Part shown: positions 35,000-44,414 of the stretch, one piece after another | Layout of the letters: each line of letters starts with the position of its first letter | How positions within the stretch are numbered: the first letter of the stretch is position 1 | Virus record (IMG/VR): IMGVR_UViG_3300037243_000038 | Coordinates: 1 to 58,680 of that record | Strand: one strand, 5' to 3' | DNA length: 58,680 nt | DNA from: a virus | The notes under the pieces: model-generated | What the model saw: the letters and a program-made list of their open reading frames with translations, nothing else | What the model was told of the DNA's origin: nothing | The model's database searches: none | Translations under genes and position numbers: made by a program

Positions 35000-35518
35000 C
35001 TAGACATCAGGGGCCTGCTCCAACACGGCATCAGCCGCGCTCACGGATTGTCGGGCGATTCCCTCAACGTCCTGGTGGCTGTAGTCGTTCGAGAATTCCC
35101 TCATCTCGCACTTTCGCAAGATACACCGGAAATCATCCCGCGCTCCCACTACCGCTTTCGTCAGCCGCTTGATCTCCTTATCGCGCCCCTTGCAGACATG
35201 GGCCGCGAACTCAATCAACGCTCTTGCGATCTGTGCTTTATGTTCTCCATCCCGGATGCGAATAGGCTCCGCGTAGTCGTCCAGCCAATCTATGGCGTCG
35301 ACGGTTATCTCTGCGAAATCAGTGTCCTCCTGTGGATCGTCCTGCAACACGCAGGCTTTGACTATCTGCGCGTCTAATCCTGCATTGGTGGGGACTACGG
35401 CTTGCCTGCCTGCGTCCTGGCGTGCTTCCCCAGAGTCAGGGGGAACGGAATTAGGCGGCATTGCGAGTCTTTCCGCTGCTTTTTCGTTCATCTTGCTCCA
35501 ATCTGATAAGTCGCTCAT
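35000..35518 (-). CDS. Hypothetical acidic protein
   Basis: 172-aa ORF. ATGA overlap with the upstream gene. Confidence 0.6.
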   Translation of the reverse strand: MSDLSDWSKMNEKAAERLAMPPNSVPPDSGEARQDAGRQAVVPTNAGLDAQIVKACVLQDDPQEDTDFAEITVDAIDWLDDYAEPIRIRDGEHKAQIARALIEFAAHVCKGRDKEIKRLTKAVVGARDDFRCILRKCEMREFSNDYSHQDVEGIARQSVSAADAVLEQAPDV

Positions 35519-35754
35519 CGTGTCACCTCTCCGTATGCCTTTTTGATGTTTTCGCAGAGCGCGTTACGCTGCTTCTGTGAGCGAACTAGCAGGGTCGCGT
35601 AGGCGTCCATTTCCCGCGCAGCTTGCGCCATGTCAGCCTTTGTTGGGTTTCCGAAACGTATCCTCCAAGCTGCTTGGTGGTCAGGAAGAGGCCAGCACAT
35701 TCCATCAAACAGGGCGCTATGAGAGCCTATCGCTCTTACTTTCTCGTCGCTCAT
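35515..35754 (-). CDS. Hypothetical protein
   Basis: 79-aa ORF. ATGA overlaps on both sides. Confidence 0.6.
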   Translation of the reverse strand: MSDEKVRAIGSHSALFDGMCWPLPDHQAAWRIRFGNPTKADMAQAAREMDAYATLLVRSQKQRNALCENIKKAYGEVTR

Positions 35755-36326
35755 GAGGCATCCTTAAACCGCTTGAAATCTGGACGCACTTTTACTAAGC
35801 ACGCCTCATGGCAGACGTTTTGGTAAGAGTCAACTACGATACCCGCGTCGATCAACTTGCAACTCACGTTGCAATATACGCAGTTGTAGCCGATGAATGG
35901 ATTTGGGCAGTAGCGTTCGCTTGGCTGCGAGACGGGTACGGCCTCCAACTGGTCCGCAGCAAAATGCCAGCACACAAAGCACTTCGTTTCTGATTTCGTA
36001 AACCGAACCGAATGCTTATCACACATATCAATCGTTTCGTTCGGCTCGGCTGCGCTCTCGGTGCATACTGTTTCCATCTCAGCCTCATAACCTCCGTCTA
36101 TATAGATTTTGTCCGGCTTGTCGCTCTCGGCGACCTCTGGGATGGGTTTTATTGTCGCAGTGCGCAGTATCTCGGACTCTTGCTTGCGCGCTACGGTGAC
36201 AACCCACTCTTCCCCGTCTACGGTCAGTGGGAACTCGGCGCGGGCAGGGGAGCCCAACTCCGTGATGTTGCGGACGAGCTGCGAAGCGATACGGTCGCGC
36301 TCGGCAAAGTTGAAATCGTCGGTCAT
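35751..36326 (-). CDS. Hypothetical Cys-rich protein
   Basis: 191 aa. The C-terminal half has CFVCWH, CVYCNVSC and CHEAC clusters. Confidence 0.6.
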   Translation of the reverse strand: MTDDFNFAERDRIASQLVRNITELGSPARAEFPLTVDGEEWVVTVARKQESEILRTATIKPIPEVAESDKPDKIYIDGGYEAEMETVCTESAAEPNETIDMCDKHSVRFTKSETKCFVCWHFAADQLEAVPVSQPSERYCPNPFIGYNCVYCNVSCKLIDAGIVVDSYQNVCHEACLVKVRPDFKRFKDAS

Positions 36327-36760
36327 CGAATTACCTCATGTGTTGGTTTAGGCAATGACATGTAATTCATTACAGCCGCTTGCGCTTCGATCCAGCCTCT
36401 GCACACGTCCGTCCGGTAACCTTCAATTTCCATACACAGCAGCCAGTGTTCTTGCTCTGGGGACACAACGCCGCCCTTAGCGCGCTTCATCTCGATAAAC
36501 AATCCGTGGTATTTCCCTCTAGCAACTGGGAGCAGGACATCAGGCACTCCAGCGCGCAAACCTTCCGCCTGAAACTTCTTCGCCTGTGACCAGGATTTAC
36601 TGGCGCCGTTAGGAATAGCGAAGGCAAGTCTTAGCTCGTGATATTTTCGACTCTCTAGTTCCAGCCAATCGAAAAGTGCCACCTGCTCTTGATGTTCCGT
36701 GGCGACTGGCAGCTTCGCCGCTTTCGGCTTGCGGGCTGGGGCTCTACGGGTAGCGATCAC
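36323..36760 (-). CDS. VRR-NUC domain nuclease
   Basis: GTG 36760 in a GTGA overlap. EHQEQVALFDWL...GVPDVLL...GLFIEMK PD-(D/E)xK pattern. Confidence 0.8.
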   Translation of the reverse strand: MIATRRAPARKPKAAKLPVATEHQEQVALFDWLELESRKYHELRLAFAIPNGASKSWSQAKKFQAEGLRAGVPDVLLPVARGKYHGLFIEMKRAKGGVVSPEQEHWLLCMEIEGYRTDVCRGWIEAQAAVMNYMSLPKPTHEVIR

Positions 36761-36951
36761 GACTGCACCTTCTGCGTTTCGCCGCGCTCTCGGGCGGTCA
36801 GCAGGCGAAGTTCCGAAACATGACACCAGGTATCTCTCGACCCATTGATATACAGATTTCCATCCGCGTCGGGGCGAGTCTTAATCTGTACCCACTCGTG
36901 ATTTGATTTATGCCGTACAACCATCCCGAGCTTAATTTCCTCGACCGTCAT
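36757..36951 (-). CDS. Hypothetical small protein
   Basis: 64-aa ORF, ATGA-coupled upstream. Confidence 0.5.
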   Translation of the reverse strand: MTVEEIKLGMVVRHKSNHEWVQIKTRPDADGNLYINGSRDTWCHVSELRLLTARERGETQKVQS

Positions 36952-37259
36952 TCCGTCCCTTTCTGTAGCTGCGCGATCCTGCGATCCAGGTAAAATCGCG
37001 CCTTTCGCAAATCCTCAAGCTGCTTGCCTTTGTGCTCCGCTCGGGCGACGTACTTGATGACATTCCCAAGCGAGAATCCGAGATTCCAGTCCTCGATCAC
37101 GTCAATAACTTCCAATTTCCCGAACGTGTAGTGCGCGGGGTGGTCTACTGCATCCGGCAAATGCAGTTCTGGCAGAGTTCCTGAATCTGCTTTCTTGCGA
37201 CTTGTACCCGTCCCCGTGCTCTCCGATTCCCTAACGCTATAGATTTCCACTATGCGCAC
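36948..37259 (-). CDS. DUF3310-like protein
   Basis: HPAHYTFGKLEVIDVIEDW..GFSLGNVIKYVARAEHKGKQLEDLRKARFYL matches the DUF3310 pattern. Confidence 0.75.
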   Translation of the reverse strand: MRIVEIYSVRESESTGTGTSRKKADSGTLPELHLPDAVDHPAHYTFGKLEVIDVIEDWNLGFSLGNVIKYVARAEHKGKQLEDLRKARFYLDRRIAQLQKGTE

Positions 37260-37792
37260 CCCACGGACGCGCTAGCGGTGCCTTGGCGTCGTAAAAGTTG
37301 AATCTTGGCGAAATCCACATCAAGCGCGCGCCGATGCTGGCGGGTGATTACGCGAACTTGGTTCTGCCGCTTCTGCCGGCATGACGGTTGCGCGCAAAGT
37401 ATCTGGGTGCGAATCCCGAATAGTTGAGTCCCGCATACACAGCACACATGCGATGGATCAACCGCGGGCTTCACTCGCTTCAACGCCGCAGATTTCAGAT
37501 CCCGGCAACGGCGCGAGCAGTACAGCTTCGTCGCTTGGCCGTGGACCTCGCATTCGCACCCTGGGTAAGCGCATATTTTGGGCGTGCGCAGCATCACAAC
37601 ATGCTCTGCCAGTTTGTCGGCGGCCTTCCGGGTGCAAACTCCGCAGACGCCGGTGAGGTTGCACTGGCTGAGCACCGCGCCACAGCCGCAATGCTTGCGA
37701 GGAGTGCAGAGCTTATGGGCGCAGAGGATATCCGTTAACTCCTCTGCGAAAGGGACGCGGTAGGGATCGAGGGCGAAGGCGGAGGCGCTCAT
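37250..37792 (-). CDS. Cys-rich (multi-zinc-ribbon-like) hypothetical protein
   Basis: ATG 37792 in an ATGA overlap. Many CxxC/CxC pairs. Confidence 0.55.
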   Translation of the reverse strand: MSASAFALDPYRVPFAEELTDILCAHKLCTPRKHCGCGAVLSQCNLTGVCGVCTRKAADKLAEHVVMLRTPKICAYPGCECEVHGQATKLYCSRRCRDLKSAALKRVKPAVDPSHVCCVCGTQLFGIRTQILCAQPSCRQKRQNQVRVITRQHRRALDVDFAKIQLLRRQGTASASVGCA

Positions 37793-38193
37793 AAATCCCT
37801 CCATGCAACTTGCTGCCCCGTAAACCTGCGAATCTGGTCACGTTTCAAAAACATCAAGTGGCGGCAGAAGTCGCAAGCATCGGTATCATTCAGAGGATTG
37901 CGGATTGATTTGGCACGGCGGGTGAGATATCGCCCACAATCGCACCGGACGACCCACAGACTTTTCGCCCCATCCAGCTTTCCCAATACAACCAGTCTGC
38001 CTACTCGCCTGCCCGATAGATCAGCGATATTCGACGGCAACGCCTTCATGGGTGGCGGAGAATCCCATGTCTGTTGGTCAATTTTTAGTTCAGGAGTCCA
38101 ATGTGCTCCCTTTTGCATAACGCGACTCGCGGTGCTGTTTATCGGATCAGACTTGATGACACGAATCAGTATTTCTCCCGGCTGGACGCTCAT
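37789..38193 (-). CDS. Hypothetical protein
   Basis: Trimmed to ATG 38193 (ATGA overlap). GRRVGRLVVLGK...WVVRCDCG motif. Confidence 0.5.
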   Translation of the reverse strand: MSVQPGEILIRVIKSDPINSTASRVMQKGAHWTPELKIDQQTWDSPPPMKALPSNIADLSGRRVGRLVVLGKLDGAKSLWVVRCDCGRYLTRRAKSIRNPLNDTDACDFCRHLMFLKRDQIRRFTGQQVAWRDL

Positions 38194-38393
38194 GCGGTCA
38201 CGTCCACATCGACATAACTTCGCGGGGTGAGTGCCCGTAACTCGGATTTCGTAGGCACGGCGCACCACCTGCAGCAAGTGGGGCAGAAAACACCGTCACG
38301 GTCCGAGGGGCTCACGATCATCCGCAGATGCGAAGGCTTGTGGGATAAGCAGACTTCGAGGATGGGCAAACTGTTGCGTAATCGGTGGTTCAC
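38190..38393 (-). CDS. Hypothetical small Cys-rich protein
   Basis: GTG start in a GTGA overlap with the J-domain gene stop. CPTCCRWC. Confidence 0.4.
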   Translation of the reverse strand: MNHRLRNSLPILEVCLSHKPSHLRMIVSPSDRDGVFCPTCCRWCAVPTKSELRALTPRSYVDVDVTA

Positions 38394-38977
38394 AACTTCA
38401 CCTCTGCGCGTGCTGCATCCCGCGCGGCAATAATTTGCTGGAACTTATCAACGTCCCCGCCCCGGTCTGGGTGATGCGCTCGAAGGAGCTTTTTAGCTTG
38501 TGTTTCAATGATTTCCCGCGTAAGTGACCGGTCTCCGCCAAGCTCCAGCACCTCACGCCAAGGCGTTGAGGCTTTCTCGGGAAGCGCCAAGAATCCCGTA
38601 AACGCCCGTTCCATCATGTCCGAGGCTCCCCAGCGTTCGATCCCGCGCAACGCTTCTACGGTTTTCGCGATAGCCATGATGTTTTCTCTCACTAGCCGGT
38701 ATTGGTCGCAGGCGAGGCACATGGGCTTTTGCTTCAACTCGAAATACACCGCTGCTCCGGGATCGGGTGGCTCTGGAGCGTTCGCATACGGGAGCCCGTC
38801 GCGCCGCAATGTGATGTTTGACGAGAGCACAACCTTTTCTGCGTTGAGCAACTTGAGTTCGTTTAACAACTTGTCGCGCGAGCTAGCAAAACTGGCTTTG
38901 AACGGACTCTTGATCCTGCTGTTGGGCTTCGTCCGCTTCCACCCAGTCGGCCACGATAAGGGAAATGCTTCGTTCAT
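38390..38977 (-). CDS. J-domain (DnaJ-like) protein
   Basis: C-terminal WREVLELGGDRSLTREIIETQAKKLLRAHHPDRGGD with the HPD tripeptide. ATG 38977 in an ATGA overlap. Confidence 0.85.
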   Translation of the reverse strand: MNEAFPLSWPTGWKRTKPNSRIKSPFKASFASSRDKLLNELKLLNAEKVVLSSNITLRRDGLPYANAPEPPDPGAAVYFELKQKPMCLACDQYRLVRENIMAIAKTVEALRGIERWGASDMMERAFTGFLALPEKASTPWREVLELGGDRSLTREIIETQAKKLLRAHHPDRGGDVDKFQQIIAARDAARAEVKL

Positions 38978-39240
38978 TTCTCCACCCCGCCGCACTCCGG
39001 GCATTTCGTGAACGCATCCAACTTCCACGAAACGGCGTGCTGGTCGCAGACCGCCATGTTGTGAACGGCTAGCAGTTCATTGGCAAACAACAGCGATGCG
39101 CGCAGAGTGGTGATCTCGGCATCTTTTTCCGCAGTGCGCCCCGCAGCGTAGGCATCCAGAACTTTCATCCCGTACTCAGGGCTTCCCGGTAGTACTTCTG
39201 GAGAAGTTGACTTCGAATTCTGCTTCGCTTTCTTGTTCAC
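38974..39240 (-). CDS. Hypothetical protein with a C-terminal CPEC motif
   Basis: GTG 39240 in a GTGA overlap (alternative ATG 39168). The upstream part of the 159-aa track ORF is Arg/Lys junk that overlaps two better small ORFs. Confidence 0.45.
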   Translation of the reverse strand: MNKKAKQNSKSTSPEVLPGSPEYGMKVLDAYAAGRTAEKDAEITTLRASLLFANELLAVHNMAVCDQHAVSWKLDAFTKCPECGGVEK

Positions 39241-39368
39241 TTTGCGCTCTCTCTTTCCTGTTCGATTTCTTCCCGGCTTTGGCGTTCCGCTTCGAGCCTG
39301 GGAATTTTGCCCATGTGTTCTTTTATCGCTGCTCTCTCGATCATGGTTTCCAGTTCCAGCGGGGTCAT
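39237..39368 (-). CDS. Small ORF (43 aa, not in track)
   Basis: ATGA overlap at the start, GTGA at the end. MTPLELETMIERAAIKEHMGKIPRLEAERQSREEIEQERESAK. Confidence 0.4.
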   Translation of the reverse strand: MTPLELETMIERAAIKEHMGKIPRLEAERQSREEIEQERESAK

Positions 39369-39502
39369 GCGCGGGCCGCTTTCCAGACTTCCGACATCCC
39401 CGCCGAGTACGCGATCGACAACCTAATTTCCTGAGCAGCCTTGTCGTTCCCAAGTTTCAACTTCATGATTTTCTTTAACTGTTTTTCGCGTTCGCTTTTC
39501 AT
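39365..39502 (-). CDS. Small ORF (45 aa, not in track)
   Basis: ATGA overlap with the DnaB stop. MKSEREKQLKKIMKLKLGNDKAAQEIRLSIAYSAGMSEVWKAARA. Confidence 0.4.
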   Translation of the reverse strand: MKSEREKQLKKIMKLKLGNDKAAQEIRLSIAYSAGMSEVWKAARA

Positions 39503-40848
39503 CGGTTCCATCCTCCGCGGAATGTCAGTGTTTCAACATCAAATCCGATATCAATTGCGCCCCCGATACCTTCCCGGAGTTTTGCTGCGATGGCTTTGCC
39601 TTTGAGATTTAGCGCGTCCTTGTCAGAGTCTGGATCGGGCGGTCGGTGGAGAAATACAACTACGTTGGCGTCCTGCTCAATTGCTCCCGAGCTGCGGAGG
39701 TCGGCGAGGTTCGGCGCCACGCTCAAATCCTTCGCTTCTCGGTTGAGTTGCGAGAGCGCAAGCACGGGGCACTTTGTTTCCCGAACCAGCCAGCGGAGCC
39801 CTTTGGAGACGGATGTGACCTGCTCATATTCCGACTTGCCCACGCCTTGCACGAGTTGCAGATAGTCCACGACAATCAGCTTCACGCCATGTTTTGCGAC
39901 GGCGTACCGGGCTATATGGCGTAGTTGCTTGATGGTCAAATCGGGTGTGTCGTCGATGTAGAGCGGATAATCGTGCTTATTTCCCGTCATCCTCGAAAAG
40001 CGTTCCGGGGCTGACTGAATCCGCGCCCACTGTGACTCATCGGCGTGTTTGGGATCACGTACTGAGCGGGGGCGCGCGATACCAGCGTGGGACAGACAGC
40101 GGCACGCGAGTTGAAGATCCTGCATCTCAAGGCTGAACACGAGTACCGGGATACCCTGTTTAGCTTGGGCAATGGCAACCTGCATCCCGAATGGCGTTTT
40201 GCCGACGTTGGGCCGAGCGCCGATTACCCAGAACTCGCTATCCCGGATACCGGTGGTGGCCATGTCCAGATCGTCAATAGTGGTCGTGAGGCCAGGGATG
40301 CCCTCCGATGGCGCAGAACGGAGCTCGGCAAGTTTGGCGACGGCTTCCGTCATTACTTCGCCGATGTGCCGGAACTGGCTGCCAGACGATTGCATGTCCA
40401 GCGTTAATTCCTGCACTGACGCAATGATCTCGGCCGGATCGGCATCGGGTGCTTGCGCTTGCTGCCCTACCAGCTCCGACAAGCGGAGAAGCGCCCGTAG
40501 TACCGATTTTGCTTTGATGATTTTGCAGAAGTAGGCAACATTGGTTTTACGGACTGCGGAACCAGGAAGACTCCCAATATAGTCCCCGCCGTTGATGCCG
40601 AGAAGGCTGCGTGACTGCATAGTTTGAATGACGCTAAAGATATCAACTGGAATTCGTTGATCGCTCAAAGAAAGCATCGTTGCGAAGATGCGGCGGTGCT
40701 CTTCTGGCAGGAAATCATCAGCCCGGAGTTTTGACCCTGCTTCATAAATCAAATCAGGGCAGAGCAGGATGCTACCGAGCAGGAATTGCTCCAGATCGAC
40801 AGCGGAGGGAACGCCTTGGGCTGAAACCAGCTCCGCGGAGGTGCTCAT
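39499..40848 (-). CDS. dnaB: Replicative DNA helicase (DnaB family)
   Basis: 449 aa. N-terminal LEQFLLGSILL, GLTTTIDDLD, Walker A GARPNVGKT. C-terminal RecA-like motifs. Confidence 0.9.
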   Translation of the reverse strand: MSTSAELVSAQGVPSAVDLEQFLLGSILLCPDLIYEAGSKLRADDFLPEEHRRIFATMLSLSDQRIPVDIFSVIQTMQSRSLLGINGGDYIGSLPGSAVRKTNVAYFCKIIKAKSVLRALLRLSELVGQQAQAPDADPAEIIASVQELTLDMQSSGSQFRHIGEVMTEAVAKLAELRSAPSEGIPGLTTTIDDLDMATTGIRDSEFWVIGARPNVGKTPFGMQVAIAQAKQGIPVLVFSLEMQDLQLACRCLSHAGIARPRSVRDPKHADESQWARIQSAPERFSRMTGNKHDYPLYIDDTPDLTIKQLRHIARYAVAKHGVKLIVVDYLQLVQGVGKSEYEQVTSVSKGLRWLVRETKCPVLALSQLNREAKDLSVAPNLADLRSSGAIEQDANVVVFLHRPPDPDSDKDALNLKGKAIAAKLREGIGGAIDIGFDVETLTFRGGWNR

Positions 40849-41678
40849 CGGTTGTTCTCCACAAAGCTATTACCAGAGGAAACCATGGGAGCAGACTTCG
40901 CGAGGTGCGCTCGGTATTCAAAAGTCGAAAAGAACCGCTCGGGAGCAAGGGCAAATTCCCGATCCTTAAGTTGCGCCGTGTATGCCTTGGTTCCCCGAAG
41001 CACTTTTTCCGCACCGTCAGCTTCCACGGCGCGAATGATCTTCTCCAAAATCACCGAAGGAATTTCCATCTCGTTTTCGAGGTGCGAGAGTTTCGGATAT
41101 GCCTTGGCAATTTCGAAAAGGGTTTGATCCGCGTTTTCATCAAAAACCGGAAGGGGCTCTTCTCCTGTTCCTGTTCCTGTTCTAGTTCTAGTTCCACCCA
41201 AAGTTGGCTTTTTTTCAGGAAGCCCCTTTGAAGCCCCTTCCGTAGTTTCTGGATGCCCCTTAGAAATCACCGTCTGGAAAAATGCTTTTTCGTACCGAGT
41301 CAGAAATTTCCGTCCTAATGGAGTTTTCCGGTAGAGTTCTAACTGCTTCACAATCCCATTTTTTCGTTTATCTTTTTCCTTGATCGTCTCCCCAATTTGG
41401 TGCCGAGCCATCTCAAAGACGAACACTAATTCGCACTCTTCGTCGTACTCACAGAACTGGAATTCTGACAAAACGAGGAAGGCCGCGCGGACTTGCTTCA
41501 CGGTGTAATTCAGCTCATGGCAGATCGTCGTCAATGGGAGGTAATAAAGCCCGATCATATTTGAGCTTGGACTCGTAAATAGGTACAAAGCGAGCGTTCT
41601 GGCCACTGGAAATTCGCGCAGCTTCTTCCCTGTACTCCCGGTCCAGAACAACGGTGAAACTTGGGAATAATCCCTCAC
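40845..41678 (-). CDS. Replication organizer / initiator candidate
   Basis: GTG 41678 with GAGGGGAGA upstream. ATGA-coupled to dnaB. No motif confirmed. Assigned by position. Confidence 0.45.
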   Translation of the reverse strand: MRDYSQVSPLFWTGSTGKKLREFPVARTLALYLFTSPSSNMIGLYYLPLTTICHELNYTVKQVRAAFLVLSEFQFCEYDEECELVFVFEMARHQIGETIKEKDKRKNGIVKQLELYRKTPLGRKFLTRYEKAFFQTVISKGHPETTEGASKGLPEKKPTLGGTRTRTGTGTGEEPLPVFDENADQTLFEIAKAYPKLSHLENEMEIPSVILEKIIRAVEADGAEKVLRGTKAYTAQLKDREFALAPERFFSTFEYRAHLAKSAPMVSSGNSFVENNR

Positions 41679-41683
41679 GTTCT

Positions 41684-41896
41684 CTATCTCCCCTCTTCTT
41701 GCGTAACAACCACAGCCTTCAAATCTTCCAACTGCACCTTTTGCGGTTTCATGGCAACGCCGATTCTGGGTTGCTCGATGAGGACGTGCGGGAACTTCCC
41801 GGCGTCGTATAGCAGGAAGGTGCCGGAGTGCCACCCCTTCTTATAGAACTCGACCTGCTGGCCGTAGATCAGCGCTGCTGCTTGCTCAGGGGTCAT
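41684..41896 (-). CDS. Hypothetical small protein
   Basis: AGGAGG RBS then ATG 41896. 70 aa. Confidence 0.5.
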   Translation of the reverse strand: MTPEQAAALIYGQQVEFYKKGWHSGTFLLYDAGKFPHVLIEQPRIGVAMKPQKVQLEDLKAVVVTQEEGR

Positions 41897-42057
41897 TTCA
41901 CCTCCTGCGCGACGGGCTCCGGGTGGTACGTCCCCGGATCGATAACCTGGCCACCACAGTGCTTGTGCTGGATGGTAAGGACCTTGCACGGCTCTGCGGG
42001 AGACAAAGACGCGGGACGACGGAGAAAGTAGCGCGTGATGAAACCGTGTAGGGTCAT
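41893..42057 (-). CDS. Small ORF (54 aa, not in track)
   Basis: ATGA overlaps at both ends link the exonuclease gene to the next gene. Confidence 0.4.
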   Translation of the reverse strand: MTLHGFITRYFLRRPASLSPAEPCKVLTIQHKHCGGQVIDPGTYHPEPVAQEVK

Positions 42058-42689
42058 GCGATTGCCAGCAGTTCTGCAACAATCGCATCAACTTCGGAAT
42101 TCAGCTTTATGGCTGCGTCCTCAAGCTCCGCAATACGCTTGTTATCACGCTCAAAGCGCTTGATGAAGAGTTGGAGCTTCTCTGGCATCCGTGGATCAAA
42201 GCTGACGAACTGGCACCACTGACGCCCGGTGCAAGCCATCTGCGTGAGCATCTGTGCCTGATGTTGCTCGGGAACTACGCCATCAATGATCCAGCGGAGG
42301 TGTGTTGAGGATGCTGGGCACTTGATCTCCAAGAGCCCGTCATCCTTAATCGTCCCGTCCGGCGATGCTCCAAAATTCGGGATGATCGCATGGTCGATAA
42401 AGGCTACTTGGTCAACGAGATTTCCGCTGGCAAGCTCATACTCGGCTCGCGCCTCTGGTTCGTGGTCGGTTCCCCATTGCATCTCGCGGCTCACGTAGCC
42501 GTCGTTTTCCGGTATCCCGGTCAGGCGCTCCGATACCAGTTTCATCTTGTAAGCGGCATACGCTGCCGTTTCTCCGCCCTTTGCGAGCGTCTTGATGACG
42601 TCGGCCATCTTGGACGCACTGACCTTGCCGCAACGGGAGCGGAACCACGCTTCCGACCCTTGCTCTACCTTTTCTTCAATTGCTTGCAT
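42054..42689 (-). CDS. YqaJ / lambda Exo-like recombination exonuclease
   Basis: QGSEAWFRSRCGKVSASKMADV N-terminal signature. PD-(D/E)xK core (DG...LEIKC). Confidence 0.85.
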   Translation of the reverse strand: MQAIEEKVEQGSEAWFRSRCGKVSASKMADVIKTLAKGGETAAYAAYKMKLVSERLTGIPENDGYVSREMQWGTDHEPEARAEYELASGNLVDQVAFIDHAIIPNFGASPDGTIKDDGLLEIKCPASSTHLRWIIDGVVPEQHQAQMLTQMACTGRQWCQFVSFDPRMPEKLQLFIKRFERDNKRIAELEDAAIKLNSEVDAIVAELLAIA

Positions 42690-42704
42690 GTCGTTCCTCT
42701 TCCT

Positions 42705-43130
42705 TTAGAAAGGCGCATCGTCCATGTTGAGTGCTTGGTTCACAGGTTCGGCGTGACCGCTGCGCTGGTCAAACTCATCTCGCGGTGCGCCGTCGCCCTT
42801 GCCGCCAAGCAGAACCAAGTCACTCACGTTGATGTAGGTTGAATACTTCTTCTGGCCTTGCTTGTCCTCGTAGCAATCGGTTTTCAGTGAGCCTTCTAAA
42901 AAAACTTGGCGCCCTTTCTTGAGGTACTCGCTGGCAATTTCAGCCAGTCGAGCCCACGCCGTGCAGTTATGCCATTCCGGGCGATCCTGCCACTGCCCCT
43001 GCTTGTCCTTAAAGCGATCGTTGGTGCAGACAGTGAACTTGCATACGGCGGTGCCTCCCGAAGTGTGTTTCAGAATTGGGTCTGCGCCTAGGTTGCCAAG
43101 TAGAGTTACGCGATTGACGCTCTTTGCCAT
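42705..43130 (-). CDS. ssb: Single-stranded DNA-binding protein
   Basis: MAKSVNRVTLLGNLGADP OB-fold start and an acidic C-terminal tip ...MDDAPF. Confidence 0.9.
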   Translation of the reverse strand: MAKSVNRVTLLGNLGADPILKHTSGGTAVCKFTVCTNDRFKDKQGQWQDRPEWHNCTAWARLAEIASEYLKKGRQVFLEGSLKTDCYEDKQGQKKYSTYINVSDLVLLGGKGDGAPRDEFDQRSGHAEPVNQALNMDDAPF

Positions 43131-43139
43131 GTCGTTCTC

Positions 43140-44402
43140 CTATGCCACAATCGGCTGACCGCCGAGTACATCGTCTACGCCCGCGATGGGTACAATTGGT
43201 GCATTGCCGGGGTTAGGATCCCCTAATCCTTCGGGAATATCACGGTCGTCGATGGGCATATCTGAGAGCTTCTTGCCGTCTCGGTAGCGGATGCTGTCGA
43301 TGCTGCGGACATCCTCCAGCGTGCGAAATCCTTTAACTTCAGTGACAGTGAGGATCACGTGAGCGCCCTTGGCGACGGTCAGCAAGGCGGGGAATAGGTG
43401 AGCGTGGTAGCAGTACACCGCATCTTTATCACCAGCGGGTACGGCCATGGTCAGAGCAATCACTTCCTTTTTTGGTGTGCCGTCAGCGCCCTTACGTGCG
43501 GGGAAATACTGCGCTTTGGTGCAGGTCCCCTCCATCACGCCATCCTCAAACAGATAGTCCGGGGCTGGGCCTGCGGGTTGCGTCGGTGCGGTCGTAGTTG
43601 CTTTTTGGGCCTGGGTAGGCGTGGCTGCTGGAACCTCATCCTTAGGTTGCGCTGCGGTGAGTTCCTTTTTGCGCTTCTCTTTGCTGGCGATAATGGCGAG
43701 CTTGGCTGCGCCATTGTTGGCAGCTTTCGCTTGGGCGAAGTAGGCGAGGTACAGCTTGGTGCAATCCTCTAGCGTCTCGGCAGTCTCGATCTCGCGGCAC
43801 TGCACGGCCAATTCGCCGTTTGAAAAGCCGTTACCGTCATCGTCTCCGCTCTTATCGCTGGGCGCGAGTCCGAGGATGGATTCAAAGGTGGTGTTCTCAA
43901 GATAGGTTCGCGTGCTCTTAATGCGCTGGATCGCGTTCATGCCGGTAGGGCCGCCGGACTCATCGGGAGGTGCGAACATCTTGCAGGTTTCAAAGTGGCC
44001 GGCGGCATGGGTCAGAATGCAGGTGATGACCACTTGGCCGGGTTTAGATTCTTGGTCAATCGACCAGCGAGCGTTCAATCCGCACTTGGCTAGGAACGGG
44101 TTGACGGTGGTGACGGCGTTCCCCAGGGTGGAGTATTTGCTTTTATATTTGAGGTTATCTTTGTCTTTGACGATGACGATATCGTTCAACTTGAACTGAG
44201 CAATAGCGGCGTCGTACTGCTTCTTGGCGTCGATGGCATCTAGTTTCAAGGCAATATCCATTAAGGCCTTGATCCGCTCGATATCTACCGTTGGATCGGC
44301 AGCCATCTTCAAGATCATCATGGCTGCGGACGGTTGGACGGGTTGCACGGCCAGCGCTTGTTCTGTCTGGACAGCGATTGCGGTTCCTATTTCTTCGTTC
44401 AT
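43140..44402 (-). CDS. erf: ERF-family single-strand annealing protein with an extra C-terminal domain
   Basis: KYKSKYSTLGNAVTTVNPFLAKCGL and QRIKSTRTYLENTTFESILGL resemble the P22 Erf core. 420 aa is long for the family. Confidence 0.7.
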   Translation of the reverse strand: MNEEIGTAIAVQTEQALAVQPVQPSAAMMILKMAADPTVDIERIKALMDIALKLDAIDAKKQYDAAIAQFKLNDIVIVKDKDNLKYKSKYSTLGNAVTTVNPFLAKCGLNARWSIDQESKPGQVVITCILTHAAGHFETCKMFAPPDESGGPTGMNAIQRIKSTRTYLENTTFESILGLAPSDKSGDDDGNGFSNGELAVQCREIETAETLEDCTKLYLAYFAQAKAANNGAAKLAIIASKEKRKKELTAAQPKDEVPAATPTQAQKATTTAPTQPAGPAPDYLFEDGVMEGTCTKAQYFPARKGADGTPKKEVIALTMAVPAGDKDAVYCYHAHLFPALLTVAKGAHVILTVTEVKGFRTLEDVRSIDSIRYRDGKKLSDMPIDDRDIPEGLGDPNPGNAPIVPIAGVDDVLGGQPIVA

Positions 44403-44414
44403 TTCTGATCCTCC

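Noticed and set aside
39207-39478. Two overlapping plus-strand ORFs (75 and 81 aa)
   Set aside because: They are antisense to a chain of three start/stop-coupled minus-strand small ORFs downstream of dnaB, and their composition is Phe/Ser/Leu-rich.
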